From Naegleria gruberi (Eukaryota): DNA of 18,095 nucleotides. Positions 17,419-18,095 of this stretch are shown in pieces. The stretch lies in NCBI GenBank assembly GCA_000004985.1, contig GG738962.1, one strand, 5' to 3'. Below the pieces are notes generated by a model. It was not told the DNA's origin. It worked only from the letters and a program-made list of their open reading frames with translations, and ran no database searches. Position numbers and translations under genes: made by a program. Numbering within the stretch: the first letter of the stretch is position 1; each line of letters starts with the position of its first letter.

Positions 17419-18081
17419 ATGCCAATCAAAAAAAGCGCATTTCTATCTAGAAGGAAAGTGAGGCACAGATTACCACAATTTGAATTTAGAAAACAATACT
17501 TTCTCATCCAGTCACCATATCTTTGCTATGAAAAATCAAAGTATATGGAATTTGCAACTGTCACTAATCAAGGGAGCTATCCTCCTTTAGTGACACCAAT
17601 TACAGAATCAAAGCACACTATTCACTTGCAGGAAAAATTGAAAAAAACTGTCAACCATACACCAACGTTTGAAAAAGTGCTCAATCGAACATTGGAAGTT
17701 TCGGCTCCTGACATTATGCCATCAATCAAAGAGGAAATGAATTATAATATTGTAAACTTGAAGATCAATAACATTCCGATACCACAGCATGCAGATACAG
17801 AATTTAATGGATTCAGATTGACCAAAGATAAATTGGCAACTTTGACGAAACGATTTCACTCAACCATCACTTTGAATCATGAATTTAAGAGTTTGGATGG
17901 ATACAAGATTAGAATATTCATGATAGCAAGCACAAGAATGAAAGCTTTGCAATTTAAAAAGACATCCTATGCCAACAAGTCTCAAATCAAGAAAATCAGA
18001 ACTGTTATGACAGATGTCATTTCAAAGAAAATATCCCAAATGAAATCCTTGAATTTGTTGACGAATGGCTATCAAATGTGA
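17419..18081 (+). CDS. Hypothetical protein of 220 aa (MPIKKSAFLSRRKVRHRLPQFEFRK...LLTNGYQM). It is Lys-rich and I recognise no domain.
   Basis: A single ORF with an aaaaaaaATG start and a TGA stop inside the window. Codon usage resembles other genes here. Confidence 0.5.
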   Translation: MPIKKSAFLSRRKVRHRLPQFEFRKQYFLIQSPYLCYEKSKYMEFATVTNQGSYPPLVTPITESKHTIHLQEKLKKTVNHTPTFEKVLNRTLEVSAPDIMPSIKEEMNYNIVNLKINNIPIPQHADTEFNGFRLTKDKLATLTKRFHSTITLNHEFKSLDGYKIRIFMIASTRMKALQFKKTSYANKSQIKKIRTVMTDVISKKISQMKSLNLLTNGYQM

Positions 18082-18095
18082 AATGAGCAATGAAA

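Noticed and set aside
1-18095. Searched for CRISPR arrays, prokaryotic defence/operon structure, tRNA or rRNA genes, and transposon terminal inverted repeats.
   Set aside because: The window is clearly eukaryotic, with GT-AG introns, AATAAA signals, monocistronic genes on both strands and poly-N/Q proteins. I see no array of regular repeat-spacer units, no tRNA cloverleaf candidates and no long terminal inverted repeats. The only direct repeats are the 238-bp duplication and short microsatellites.

Overview
This is a eukaryotic nuclear scaffold segment, not a prokaryotic locus. It is AT-rich (about 65-70%) and has three runs of N: 4680-5544, 9970-10019 and 11446-16340, which together mask about 5.8 kb, plus a single n at 10182. 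About 12 kb of real sequence is readable. It carries ten compactly spaced protein-coding genes on both strands.

Recurring signals across the window:
- Very short GT-AG spliceosomal introns, three of them exactly 46 nt and the others 49-75 nt.
- A-rich start contexts (aaaaaaaATG) and AATAAA signals shortly after stops.
- Poly-N/Q/H low-complexity coding.
- A histidine-rich hisactophilin-like beta-trefoil gene. By inference only, these features together suggest an amoebozoan (dictyostelid-like) or similarly compact protist genome.

Genes, 5' to 3':
1. A 5'-partial gene (+) with an EF-hand exon spliced to six tandem 40-aa hisactophilin/fascin-like beta-trefoil subrepeats.
2. A six-exon PAC2-family (proteasome assembly chaperone 2-like) gene (+).
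3. A two-transmembrane-helix protein (-).
4. A small protein (-) with two tandem TAP-C/UBA-like motifs.
5. A 5'-truncated ankyrin-repeat protein (+) that runs into the first gap.
6. A TLDc-domain protein (+).
7. A signal-peptide, 14-Cys secreted protein (+).
8. A Ser/Pro-rich disordered protein (-).
9. The N-terminal roughly 230 aa of an N/Q/H/P-rich protein (-) that runs into the 4.9 kb gap.
10. A 220-aa protein of unknown function (+).

Non-genic structure:
- A 238-bp partial tandem duplication (two 93-bp copies) just 3' of gene 7, duplicating its AATAAA region.
- A 10-bp-stem palindrome 6 nt after the gene 2 stop.
- A low-complexity block at 9466-9830 with direct repeats and a palindrome.
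- A (gattt)4 microsatellite at 11281-11303.

I see no CRISPR array, rRNA/tRNA gene, obvious transposon or defence-island organisation. The most unusual items are the domain architectures of gene 1 and gene 4 and the uniform minimal introns.
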